Source: Candidatus Omnitrophota bacterium (GTDB lineage Bacteria; Omnitrophota; Gorgyraeia; Zapsychrales; Fredricksoniimonadaceae). Taken from it: a DNA stretch of 40,275 bases. The position numbers and the translations under genes are program-made. The stretch lies in the NCBI GenBank assembly GCA_043775535.1, contig JAYVSG010000076.1, positions 1 to 40,275 on the forward strand, read 5' to 3'. Below are positions 1-7,758 of the stretch, piece by piece (within the stretch, counting starts at the first letter, position 1; each line of letters opens with the position of its first letter). The notes beneath the pieces were generated by a model, which worked only from the letters and a program-made list of their open reading frames with translations, had not been told where the DNA came from and did not search any database.

Positions 1-428
1 TCTGCCGGCTTCAACTGTCCGGCCACACGCGCCTGGTAGGTCTTGTCCAAATGGAATTTAGGATGGGTCAATTTCTGGGCCCAACCGCCGTCATTGGAGA
101 ATAACAACAGGCCTTCGGTATCACGGTCCAGCCTTCCGACCGGCGATAGATGGCGCATCGCGGCAGGCAAAAGGTCCATGACGGTCTTAGTCGCATAGGG
201 ATCGTCCTTGGTCGTGGTGTAGCCGACGGGCTTGTGCAGCAGCACATAGGAATACTGTTTGGCGCGGATGGGCTGACCATCGACTAGGATGTCTTCATCA
301 CCCTCAACAGGTGTGGATGGTTCACGGACTACCTTGCCGTTGAGCTTGACGCGGCCGGCCTGGATGATCTCCATGGCGTCCCGGCGGGAACAGACGCCGT
401 TATGGGATAAAAAGACCTGTAAACGCAT
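1..428 (-). CDS. Pseudouridine synthase, RsuA/RluB family (5' part; gene runs off the window start)
   Basis: Own translation of the minus strand from ATG at 428: MRLQVFLSHNGVCSRRDAMEIIQAGRVKLNGKVV (S4-like RNA-binding N-terminus), then PVGRLDRDTEGLLLFSNDG (catalytic-Asp motif of this family). Open to position 1. Absent from the ORF track because no stop lies in the window. Start overlaps the stop of the upstream gene (TGATG). Confidence 0.85.
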   Translation of the reverse strand, partial: MRLQVFLSHNGVCSRRDAMEIIQAGRVKLNGKVVREPSTPVEGDEDILVDGQPIRAKQYSYVLLHKPVGYTTTKDDPYATKTVMDLLPAAMRHLSPVGRLDRDTEGLLLFSNDGGWAQKLTHPKFHLDKTYQARVAGQLKPA

Positions 429-1192
429 CAGGACCTTTGCCGCAGGGCTTCGTAGATGACGACGGCAGCGGAGACGGAGACGTTGAGCGAGTCTGCCTTG
501 CCCTTCATGGGGATATTGACCTTCAGATCGCAATTCTTCTTCCAGAAAGGGCTTAAGCCCTCGTCCTCGGTTCCAAGCACAATGGCGAGCGGACCTTTGA
601 GATTGGCACGGGTGTATACATCCTTGCCATCCACAAAGGTGCCGAGCGTCTTGATGTTCTTCTTTTTCAGGAAGCTGGCCACATCTTCATTGGTGCCGAC
701 GGCAAAAGGAACAGTGAACACCGTGCCGATGCTCGCACGGATGACATTCGGATTATACAGATCGGTCTTGGGATCGCAGATGAGCAGGGCTTCCACTCCC
801 GCCCCATCACAGGTACGCAGGATGGCGCCCAGATTACCCGGCTTCTCAACCGATTCAATGACAACGACCAATGGAGTGGCGGAAAGCTTCAAGTCTGCAA
901 AGTGCAGGCGCTTGACCGCAGCCACCGCGATCATCCCATCCAGCCGCTGGCCATAGGCGAGCTTCTCGAAGACCTTGTCATTGACCTCAATGGTCTGCAC
1001 ACCCTTGATATTGATGTTGCCGACGAGCTTGGCGCAAAAGAATATCTTCTCGACCTTGACGCCTGCCTTCATGGCCCGTTCGACCTCACGGGCACCGTCG
1101 ATCAGGGTCAGGCCCTGGGCTTTACGGGCCTTGGGCTCACGCAGGTCCATGACCTGTTTGACCATTGGATTTTGTACGCTTGTGATGATCAT
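428..1192 (-). CDS. SpoU/TrmH-family RNA 2'-O-methyltransferase
   Basis: 254-aa ORF with SpoU motifs GNLGAILRTCDGAGV, IVLGTEDEGLS and IPMKGKADSLNVSVSAAVVIYE. ATG at 1192 overlaps the stop of the GH5 gene (ATGA). Confidence 0.85.
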   Translation of the reverse strand: MIITSVQNPMVKQVMDLREPKARKAQGLTLIDGAREVERAMKAGVKVEKIFFCAKLVGNINIKGVQTIEVNDKVFEKLAYGQRLDGMIAVAAVKRLHFADLKLSATPLVVVIESVEKPGNLGAILRTCDGAGVEALLICDPKTDLYNPNVIRASIGTVFTVPFAVGTNEDVASFLKKKNIKTLGTFVDGKDVYTRANLKGPLAIVLGTEDEGLSPFWKKNCDLKVNIPMKGKADSLNVSVSAAVVIYEALRQRS

Positions 1193-2361
1193 TTCAATGC
1201 CGCCAATATTTTTTCGTTAAGGGTAAAATTCTCTGTGCGCCAGGACGCGGTCATGGCCGCACGGTGTTCGACCCATAGGTCCTTCCAACGGTTCCAGCCC
1301 GTCACCGGCCCTGGACGATGCACCCATGCGGGATTCGGGTAATAACTGAATATCCCATCGGGAAACATGTAATGTTTGACCGCCTTATAGGTCCAGTAAT
1401 TCCAATGGAAGCCATGATCATTGAAGCATTTGACCGTGTCCTTAACGTAACGGTCTTCCTTATACAGGCCTTCGCGGTAATGCACACCAAATTCCCCCAC
1501 ATGCACGGGACGGCCGCGCTCTTCGGCAAATTTACGGTATTCTTCAAGCCGTCGTGCCGTCGTCCCCTTGTCCCAATCCCCTGCAGCTGACTTCAACGGA
1601 TAGCGCAAATGCGGCACAAAATTGAACGTGAAATCGAGCGGTTCGTAAAAATGGATGCTGTACGCCCAGTTGTCGTCCTTAAGATCATCAAGCACGGTCA
1701 GGTCCTGAGACCAGCGGTTGCCCTCGATAAAAAGGATATGTTTCTTATCCGACAGGCGGATGACCCTGACCAATTTGCGGTAGAATTCGTTCAAGGTGCC
1801 CACATCGGCGGTGACAGACTCATTGAGCAGGTCGTAGCCTGCGACCATGGGCTCATCCTTATAGCGGTCGGCGATCTTTTCCCACAGCGCATAGGTCTGG
1901 GCGCGATTGGACCTCTTGGTCCAAAGTTCAGCCTGGCCCAGGCTGTCCGAATGCCAATCGTGGTTCTGTGCACCAGGTGCGGCATGCAGGTCCAGGATCA
2001 AATAGACATTGTATTTATTAGCCCATTGCACGGCCATGTCGAGATAATCAGTTCCATGCACGGTGATATTACGGTAATTGAACGGCAGGCGCACGCAATT
2101 GAAACCCCATTCCGCCACCTGGCGCATGTCACTCTCGGTGATGAAGTTACCGAGGAAATTTTCCTGCAGGTCGGCCAATGCCCGGATGCCCAACGCCTTG
2201 GCGAACTGCTTCTTCATCAGCTGTTCCGGTGTGTTGGGCGCATGCATGAAGTAGGCTTCCATCATGAGCCATCCGCCGAAATTGACGCCCTTGAGCATCA
2301 CCTTACGGCCATTGCCATCCACAATATCTGTTCCCGACGTGCGCAGAAATTTATCACTCAT
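1189..2361 (-). CDS. Glycoside hydrolase family 5 (cellulase / beta-glucanase-like), no signal peptide
   Basis: 390 aa. GVNFGGWLMMEAY, acid/base YDLLNE and nucleophile HVGEFG are typical of GH5. The N-terminus MSDKFLRTSGTDIVDGNG has no hydrophobic leader. Confidence 0.85.
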   Translation of the reverse strand: MSDKFLRTSGTDIVDGNGRKVMLKGVNFGGWLMMEAYFMHAPNTPEQLMKKQFAKALGIRALADLQENFLGNFITESDMRQVAEWGFNCVRLPFNYRNITVHGTDYLDMAVQWANKYNVYLILDLHAAPGAQNHDWHSDSLGQAELWTKRSNRAQTYALWEKIADRYKDEPMVAGYDLLNESVTADVGTLNEFYRKLVRVIRLSDKKHILFIEGNRWSQDLTVLDDLKDDNWAYSIHFYEPLDFTFNFVPHLRYPLKSAAGDWDKGTTARRLEEYRKFAEERGRPVHVGEFGVHYREGLYKEDRYVKDTVKCFNDHGFHWNYWTYKAVKHYMFPDGIFSYYPNPAWVHRPGPVTGWNRWKDLWVEHRAAMTASWRTENFTLNEKILAALK

Positions 2362-3185
2362 AAGAGCCCCTGGGATTGCAGGTATTTCTTGAACGCCGCA
2401 CCGGTCCTGTGGTCGCTGACGATATGCACTTCGTTATGGCCGCCGCTGGAGGTGATGAACTCCTTGGGTTCAGCCGCAGCTTCAAAGAGGCGTTGGCCCA
2501 TCGCATACGGCACAACCCGGTCCTCAGGGCTATGGATGAACAATTTGGGCATGGTGAGACCCTTGACCTTGGACAAAGAATCGAATTTGATGCGCATCAG
2601 GATGGACGGCAAATAAGGATAGAACAATTGGGCCGCCTCACGGGCGGAGGTGATGGAAGAATCCACGATGAGCAGGGCCGCAGGGCGTTTGACGGCCAGG
2701 TCCACCGCCACGATGCCGCCCAAGGACGCCCCATACAGGATGATCTTATTCATATCCACATCATCGCGGCCTTTGAGATAGTCATAGGCAGCCTGAGCGT
2801 CAAGATAGATACCCTGCTCCGTCGGATTGCCCTTGCTGGCGCCGTAACCACGGTAATCAAAGATGAGGACATTGAGCCCCAGATCATAAAAGAATTTCAC
2901 CTTCATCAAACGATCGCTCATGGTCCCGGCATTGCCATGGGAGAAAATGACGGTGGACTTAGCTGCAGGGTTTTTAAGGAACCACGCATTGATGCGAACG
3001 CCGTCGGCCGTATCCAGATAAAGGTCCTCATACGGCAGCTTCATATGTGAGGGGAACAGCGTCATTTCCTTGCCCGGAAAGAACACGGCCGTGGTCTCCA
3101 GGTAACGCACCAGGGCAAAGACCCCGGCGGCAATGACAAGGACAATAATAAGTGTTGTGGTCATGAACTTGGGCAGGGCTTTCAT
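2358..3185 (-). CDS. Alpha/beta-fold hydrolase with N-terminal membrane anchor
   Basis: Trimmed from ORF 2358..3251 to ATG 3185 (MKALPKFMTTTLIIVLVIAAGVFAL), which overlaps the response-regulator stop as ATGA. Nucleophile elbow GASLGG. HSPEDRVVP and GGHNE supply the likely Asp and His. Confidence 0.8.
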   Translation of the reverse strand: MKALPKFMTTTLIIVLVIAAGVFALVRYLETTAVFFPGKEMTLFPSHMKLPYEDLYLDTADGVRINAWFLKNPAAKSTVIFSHGNAGTMSDRLMKVKFFYDLGLNVLIFDYRGYGASKGNPTEQGIYLDAQAAYDYLKGRDDVDMNKIILYGASLGGIVAVDLAVKRPAALLIVDSSITSAREAAQLFYPYLPSILMRIKFDSLSKVKGLTMPKLFIHSPEDRVVPYAMGQRLFEAAAEPKEFITSSGGHNEVHIVSDHRTGAAFKKYLQSQGLL

Positions 3186-3577
3186 GGATTGCGCATGGGG
3201 ATCAAGGCGACCATCAGACGTATGGCCTTGATGACGTCTTCGATACGGCAAGGTTTGGTCAAATAATGGTCGGCCTGAAGACCCAAGCCTTGCTCAACAT
3301 CCTTGGTCTCGTCCAAGGCGGAAACAAGGATCACCGGCTGCCACTTCTTCGACGGCGGCTCGGCGCGCAATTTCTTGAGCACTTCCAGTCCGTCCATGCG
3401 GGGCATGGTGATGTCGAGGACGACGACATCGGGATTCTCAGAAACGATCTTGCTCCAGGCTTCTTCCCCATTCACGGCAGTGACAACGGTATATCCCTGG
3501 CTGGCCACCTTGCGGGCCATGATCTCGAGTATCCCCTCTTCATCATCAGCCAACAGCACCTTGATCGGGCCCATCAT
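3182..3577 (-). CDS. Single-domain response regulator (CheY-like receiver)
   Basis: 131 aa. VLLADDEEG, phospho-acceptor context VVVLDITMPRMDG, LVSALD, YLTKP. No output domain. Confidence 0.85.
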   Translation of the reverse strand: MMGPIKVLLADDEEGILEIMARKVASQGYTVVTAVNGEEAWSKIVSENPDVVVLDITMPRMDGLEVLKKLRAEPPSKKWQPVILVSALDETKDVEQGLGLQADHYLTKPCRIEDVIKAIRLMVALIPMRNP

Positions 3578-4050
3578 TACCTCGCGGAAGAATATTTTTT
3601 CAACTCATAGACGATCTGCGTATCCGGCATGGCGATGCGTTCGATGGCAACGCTGCCCTTGGCAAAAAATTTCTCGGCCATGGTGTCATGGTAATCAGAA
3701 AAAACCACCACCCGCTTGACCCCGGCGGTGATCAGGGCCTTAGCACAGGTGGTGCAAGGCATATTGGTAACGTAGGCGGTGGCGCCTTCAACCGCGTGGC
3801 CGCGGCGCGCTGCCTGGATCAAGGCATTCATCTCCGCATGCACGGTGCGCACGCAGTGGTTCTCGACAATGATACATCCCTCATCCTCACAATGACCGTC
3901 ACCGGGGATGGACCCGTTGTAGCCGGTCGCGATGACGTTCTTGTCCTTGGCAAGCACACAGCCGCAGTGCATGCGCGGGCAGGTGGCCCGTTCAGAAGCA
4001 AGCATGGCGAGTTTCAAGAAATATTCATCCCAGTTGGGTCTTTTAGTCAT
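3577..4050 (-). CDS. dCMP (deoxycytidylate) deaminase, ComEB-like
   Basis: 157 aa. Zinc motifs HAEMNAL and PCTTCAKAL of the CMP/dCMP deaminase fold. Confidence 0.85.
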   Translation of the reverse strand: MTKRPNWDEYFLKLAMLASERATCPRMHCGCVLAKDKNVIATGYNGSIPGDGHCEDEGCIIVENHCVRTVHAEMNALIQAARRGHAVEGATAYVTNMPCTTCAKALITAGVKRVVVFSDYHDTMAEKFFAKGSVAIERIAMPDTQIVYELKKYSSAR

Positions 4051-4061
4051 AGACGCTTTCT

Positions 4062-4122
4062 GGGGACACCCACCGTAACCCTAATTCGATAATTACGAAT
4101 TAGGGTTACGGTGGGTGTCCCC
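4062..4122. repeat. Perfect 27-bp inverted repeat with a 7-nt loop (REPIN-like hairpin), copy 1 of a 25-nt repeat family
   Basis: ggggacacccaccgtaaccctaattcg (4062-4088), loop ataatta, cgaattagggttacggtgggtgtcccc (4096-4122). The 25-nt core gggacacccaccgtaaccctaattc recurs at 18986-19010 and, inverted, near 19136-19160. It sits between the aminotransferase stop (4093-4095, inside the loop) and the dCMP deaminase start (4050). Confidence 0.9.
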
Positions 4123-5244
4123 GATTACGGTTAATATCTTAACAAATTGCTCCGTTCTCGGCAACAGGCTTACGACCAAATGGCCGGGGGCTTGAATGTC
4201 GAAAAAGAAGCCCGGATGGACCAAAATATGATGCTTATGCAAGGCTTCCAGGACAAACGCCTCTTCGTCCATGTCCCCCATATCCAAGATGGCATACCAG
4301 CCTCCCTCTACCGGAAGGACCTTCACTCCCGCATCGGTCAATATCTTGAGATTGGCCCTGACCCTGTCCATGATCTGGCCCTGCAGGTCCCCTGCACAGG
4401 CGAACCATGAGCTCAGGGCATTTTGTACCGGGGTATTCACGGACAGGAAGGTGTCGGCAATGATCTCCAATCTTTCCAGCGCCTCATGGGTAACATCCTT
4501 GGGACCGCTGGCCAGTATCCATCCAAGCTTCATCTGCGGCAGGGCCATGGCCTTGGATAAGCCTCCCATCACAAAGGTCAGCACATCCTGGTTATCTTTC
4601 AGGGAAACAAAAGGCCCTTTCTCTAGACGGTAATCCATGAATACTTCGTCGGAGATAATGGCCAGGCCATGCTTACGGCAGAAGGCATTGAGAAGCTTAA
4701 GCTCATCCGCTTTCAAATATGAACCGGTAGGATTATTGGGATTGACCAGCACAATGGCCTTTGTCCTGGCATCGACCAGATATTCCATTGTTTTAAAATC
4801 GATGTGCCAACTGCCTCCCTCATAGACCAACGGGTAATGTTCATACTCCGCATCATTGAGCTCCAGCAGGAACTGGAACAAAGGATAACTGGGCTTGGGG
4901 ACCAGGACCTTGTCGCCGGGATCCAGTAAAAGGCGGAACAGGAATGAATAGGATTCCGATGTGCTGGCCGTCAGGATGATGCGGGACGGATCAAAAGCGG
5001 TAAATTCACCGACGGCCTTGCGGGCCTGCATCATGCCGCGGGAATCGGGAACATAGTCCAGGTTCCGGGGATCAGAGAGGACTTGTGTAATTGCTTGGGG
5101 ATAATCAAAACCGCAGCGGGTGGGATTGCTTTCAGTCAGGTCAACAATATCAACAGGCTGTGCCTTCAATTCTTCCAATATGGCATTGAGGGCATTGCTT
5201 TGCCTGTCCCAGGCCGTGCGTTTGGAGAATGGTTCACGCGCCAT
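4093..5244 (-). CDS. Class I/II pyridoxal-phosphate aminotransferase
   Basis: 383 aa. NPNNPTG, and the PLP-lysine context GGLSKAMALPQMKLGW. The last 9 codons (GDTHRNPNS) and the stop are encoded by the inverted repeat at 4096-4122. Confidence 0.8.
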   Translation of the reverse strand: MAREPFSKRTAWDRQSNALNAILEELKAQPVDIVDLTESNPTRCGFDYPQAITQVLSDPRNLDYVPDSRGMMQARKAVGEFTAFDPSRIILTASTSESYSFLFRLLLDPGDKVLVPKPSYPLFQFLLELNDAEYEHYPLVYEGGSWHIDFKTMEYLVDARTKAIVLVNPNNPTGSYLKADELKLLNAFCRKHGLAIISDEVFMDYRLEKGPFVSLKDNQDVLTFVMGGLSKAMALPQMKLGWILASGPKDVTHEALERLEIIADTFLSVNTPVQNALSSWFACAGDLQGQIMDRVRANLKILTDAGVKVLPVEGGWYAILDMGDMDEEAFVLEALHKHHILVHPGFFFDIQAPGHLVVSLLPRTEQFVKILTVIGDTHRNPNS

Positions 5245-5905
5245 TGGTCTTTTTCAGACGCTCCAGTTCGGTCTTAAGCTCATCGTAGGCGCTTTTGGCC
5301 ACCCACTGGATGTCCTCGCGCTTTTCCTTGAGCTGGGCATTCGTGACTTTCAATTCCTTGATCTCTTTTTGCGCGGCGGTGAGCGTCGTTTCCAGGCTAG
5401 CAGCCTTGGTGGACAAGGTGCGCCGTTCTTCGACCGCACCATCGTGCTTGATCTTCAATTCTTGGCCCTCACGCTCCAGGCGTAGGCGCTCGGAATGTTC
5501 GCGCTCCAGGTCTTTCTCGGTGCGTATGATCTGTTCCTTAAGGTCTTTCTCATGCCCCTTGGATTTATCCAGGTTCACCTGTTCTTTTTCGCGCCAGCTT
5601 TTTTCCAGCGCCAATTTATCGACGATCTCTTTATATTTGCCCTTGGTCTCTTCGGCGTCCTTGAGCAGTTTCTTCTCCTGCATCTTCAATTTCTCAAGGT
5701 CGCCCAAAAGCGCATTGTTGTTCTTTTCCCAACGCTCGGCAATGGCCTTCCAGTCCTTTTCAGGGACAAGGCGCAGCTGTTCCTGCGATGCGGGAACGGG
5801 TTCTTTTTTCTTTTTCTTCGGTTTGGAGGACTCCGACGGCATCATGTAAATGATGATGGCGATCGCCATGAGTACTGCAAAACCTGCCATGATGATCCAA
5901 AACAT
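5234..5905 (-). CDS. Membrane-anchored coiled-coil protein, function unknown
   Basis: 223 aa. N-terminal TM helix MFWIIMAGFAVLMAIAIIIYMM, a KKKKK tract, then about 170 aa of K/E/L-rich heptad-like sequence. Confidence 0.6.
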   Translation of the reverse strand: MFWIIMAGFAVLMAIAIIIYMMPSESSKPKKKKKEPVPASQEQLRLVPEKDWKAIAERWEKNNNALLGDLEKLKMQEKKLLKDAEETKGKYKEIVDKLALEKSWREKEQVNLDKSKGHEKDLKEQIIRTEKDLEREHSERLRLEREGQELKIKHDGAVEERRTLSTKAASLETTLTAAQKEIKELKVTNAQLKEKREDIQWVAKSAYDELKTELERLKKTNGA

Positions 5906-5937
5906 AGTTCAAAAGTAACACAGAAACGGAATAAAAT

Positions 5938-7392
5938 CTATCTTATCTTCATGCGGAGGACCTGCAGATTGTTCCTTAAAACGGGGTCCTGGGGATCGAT
6001 CATGATGGCCTCTTCATATTTGGCCGCAGCCTGGGCCAAAAACCCCCTTGATTCCAGGGCATGGGCCCAATCGAAGAGTATGCCTTTCACGAATCCCAGG
6101 TAAAAACGCCTGGGGCCTTCGCCATACGCTTTATGGGCGTAACCATTCATGATGTTATAGGCCTGGGCAAAATGTTCCTCGGCCTGGGCATAGCTCCCCT
6201 CAAAATAATAGGCCTTTGCCAGGAGCAAATGCCCGCGGCCGAAGGACGGCTCATAGGCCATGGTGCGCTCGAAGAGGATGGTCTCGCTTTTCCAGAACTT
6301 ATTCTGTTTTAACGTCAACGCGGCAAGTATGGCCACCGTCAGGATGAGGATGTTCCGTCTCGTCTTTGAGGCAACGGGGAATTTTGCACCGATGGTGCAG
6401 AAAACGATCGCGATGCCAGCCAGGGGAAGATACAGGAAATGTTCGGCGGTCAGGATCAAGGAATATTCATTGATGAGCGGCACAATATTCAACACAGGCA
6501 GGAGCGCCAACACAAACCACAGGGAACCAAAACGCACCGCCCTGTCAGACTTAACAACCGCGGCACCGATGGCCAGTACCATGACCCACCACCAAGAATT
6601 GGCGGCCAATATATCGGTCGAACGGTAATAGTGCAGATCATTGGGGATGAAAATGATCCGCACATAGTTCATCAGGGTTTCGCCAATCGCAGCCACGCGT
6701 AATTTTAATTCACCCGTTGATGCCAGGATGTCCGAAAGTACGTGCGCGCCGGTCAATGCCTGACGCCCGACCAAGAAAAGCCCTATGCCGAGGATCGATA
6801 TGGCCCATGCTGCATACGGCTTGCGGCCGCGGTACCAATCCACAAGAACGATCAAGGGCACGGCCATCACTGCCTGCTCCTTCGCCAGGAGCCCGGCCAG
6901 CAGGCACAGCACGGCCAAAATGAATTTGTCTTTGAGATAGAATATCAGCGACGAAAGAACAAAGAAGGCCATCACAAGATTGGAGACCCCCGCCACACAG
7001 GCCACGGATTCCGTTTGCACGGGATGGACCGTGAACAATAACGCCGCGGTCCAGGGCAGGAGCCCACCAAACCCAAGGACCCCTAACATGCGGTACACCA
7101 GCACGCCATTCACGCCATGCAGGAGCGCATTGAAGAAATGCCATCCCCAGGGATTCAACCCCCAGAGGGCATATTCCAACTTATAAACGATCTCCAAGAG
7201 TGGACGGTAATAGGTATTGATGCCGGGGGCGGCAGGATCATGCCCGCCCAGGAAGAGCCGCGCCAGGTCGTCCCAGCGGGCAATGGAGTGGTTTTGCACG
7301 ATGAAGACGATCTCATCATGGACGAACGGATGGTTCAGTGTATTCGCAAAAACAAGAAGGGAAATGCAAGCAAGGGATACAGCAGCGATCAT
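5938..7392 (-). CDS. Polytopic membrane protein with C-terminal TPR repeats (TMTC / GT-C-like putative glycosyltransferase)
   Basis: Trimmed from ORF 5938..7524 to ATG 7392 (MIAAVSLACISLLVFANTLNHPFVHDE), which overlaps the Hpt stop (ATGA). Many TM helices. The C-terminal region LLLAKAYYFEGSYAQAEEHFAQAY ... AAKYEEAIMIDPQDP is TPR-like. Confidence 0.65.
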   Translation of the reverse strand: MIAAVSLACISLLVFANTLNHPFVHDEIVFIVQNHSIARWDDLARLFLGGHDPAAPGINTYYRPLLEIVYKLEYALWGLNPWGWHFFNALLHGVNGVLVYRMLGVLGFGGLLPWTAALLFTVHPVQTESVACVAGVSNLVMAFFVLSSLIFYLKDKFILAVLCLLAGLLAKEQAVMAVPLIVLVDWYRGRKPYAAWAISILGIGLFLVGRQALTGAHVLSDILASTGELKLRVAAIGETLMNYVRIIFIPNDLHYYRSTDILAANSWWWVMVLAIGAAVVKSDRAVRFGSLWFVLALLPVLNIVPLINEYSLILTAEHFLYLPLAGIAIVFCTIGAKFPVASKTRRNILILTVAILAALTLKQNKFWKSETILFERTMAYEPSFGRGHLLLAKAYYFEGSYAQAEEHFAQAYNIMNGYAHKAYGEGPRRFYLGFVKGILFDWAHALESRGFLAQAAAKYEEAIMIDPQDPVLRNNLQVLRMKIR

Positions 7393-7742
7393 CCCCCGCC
7401 CCACTCCTTTTTCAATTTGGCAGCGAAGACCTTGACCTGTTCGAACTGGACGTCGATGGTCTTGACCAGGTCTTCCATGCCGGCCGTGGTGTTGGACTTG
7501 GCCAATTGTTCCAGCTGCAGGCAAGCCGCATGCATAGGCTTGGCGGAGATATTTCCTGAGGAACCCTTCATAGAGTGTGCCACTTCCTTGATCTTCACGA
7601 TATTGCTGCTGGTGATGGCTTCACCGAGGGCCTTGCGTTTGTTCACGAAATCTTCCTGGAAGATATCCAACAGTTCCAGCAACAGCTCTTTGTCATCCTG
7701 CACGCGCTCCAAGACATCAGGTAAATCGATAATTTCGCTCAT
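7389..7742 (-). CDS. Histidine phosphotransfer (Hpt) protein
   Basis: 117 aa. Hpt signature AHSMKGSSGNISA. Confidence 0.8.
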   Translation of the reverse strand: MSEIIDLPDVLERVQDDKELLLELLDIFQEDFVNKRKALGEAITSSNIVKIKEVAHSMKGSSGNISAKPMHAACLQLEQLAKSNTTAGMEDLVKTIDVQFEQVKVFAAKLKKEWGGG

Positions 7743-7758
7743 TGTATTTTCCTTAAGA

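Noticed and set aside
68-280. 70-aa minus-strand ORF in the first 300 nt
   Set aside because: It is out of frame with the clearly recognisable pseudouridine synthase reading frame, which occupies 1-428 on the same strand.
1609-2616. 335-aa plus-strand ORF opposite the GH5 and hydrolase genes
   Set aside because: Antisense shadow ORF that crosses a gene junction. No motifs.
3577-4050. dCMP deaminase, NYN/YacP (23035-23520) and HD protein (10097-10705) considered as parts of an anti-phage defence or toxin module
   Set aside because: Each is embedded by codon-level overlaps in housekeeping operons. None has the partner genes (ATPases, sensors, antitoxins) or the mobile-element context expected of defence islands.
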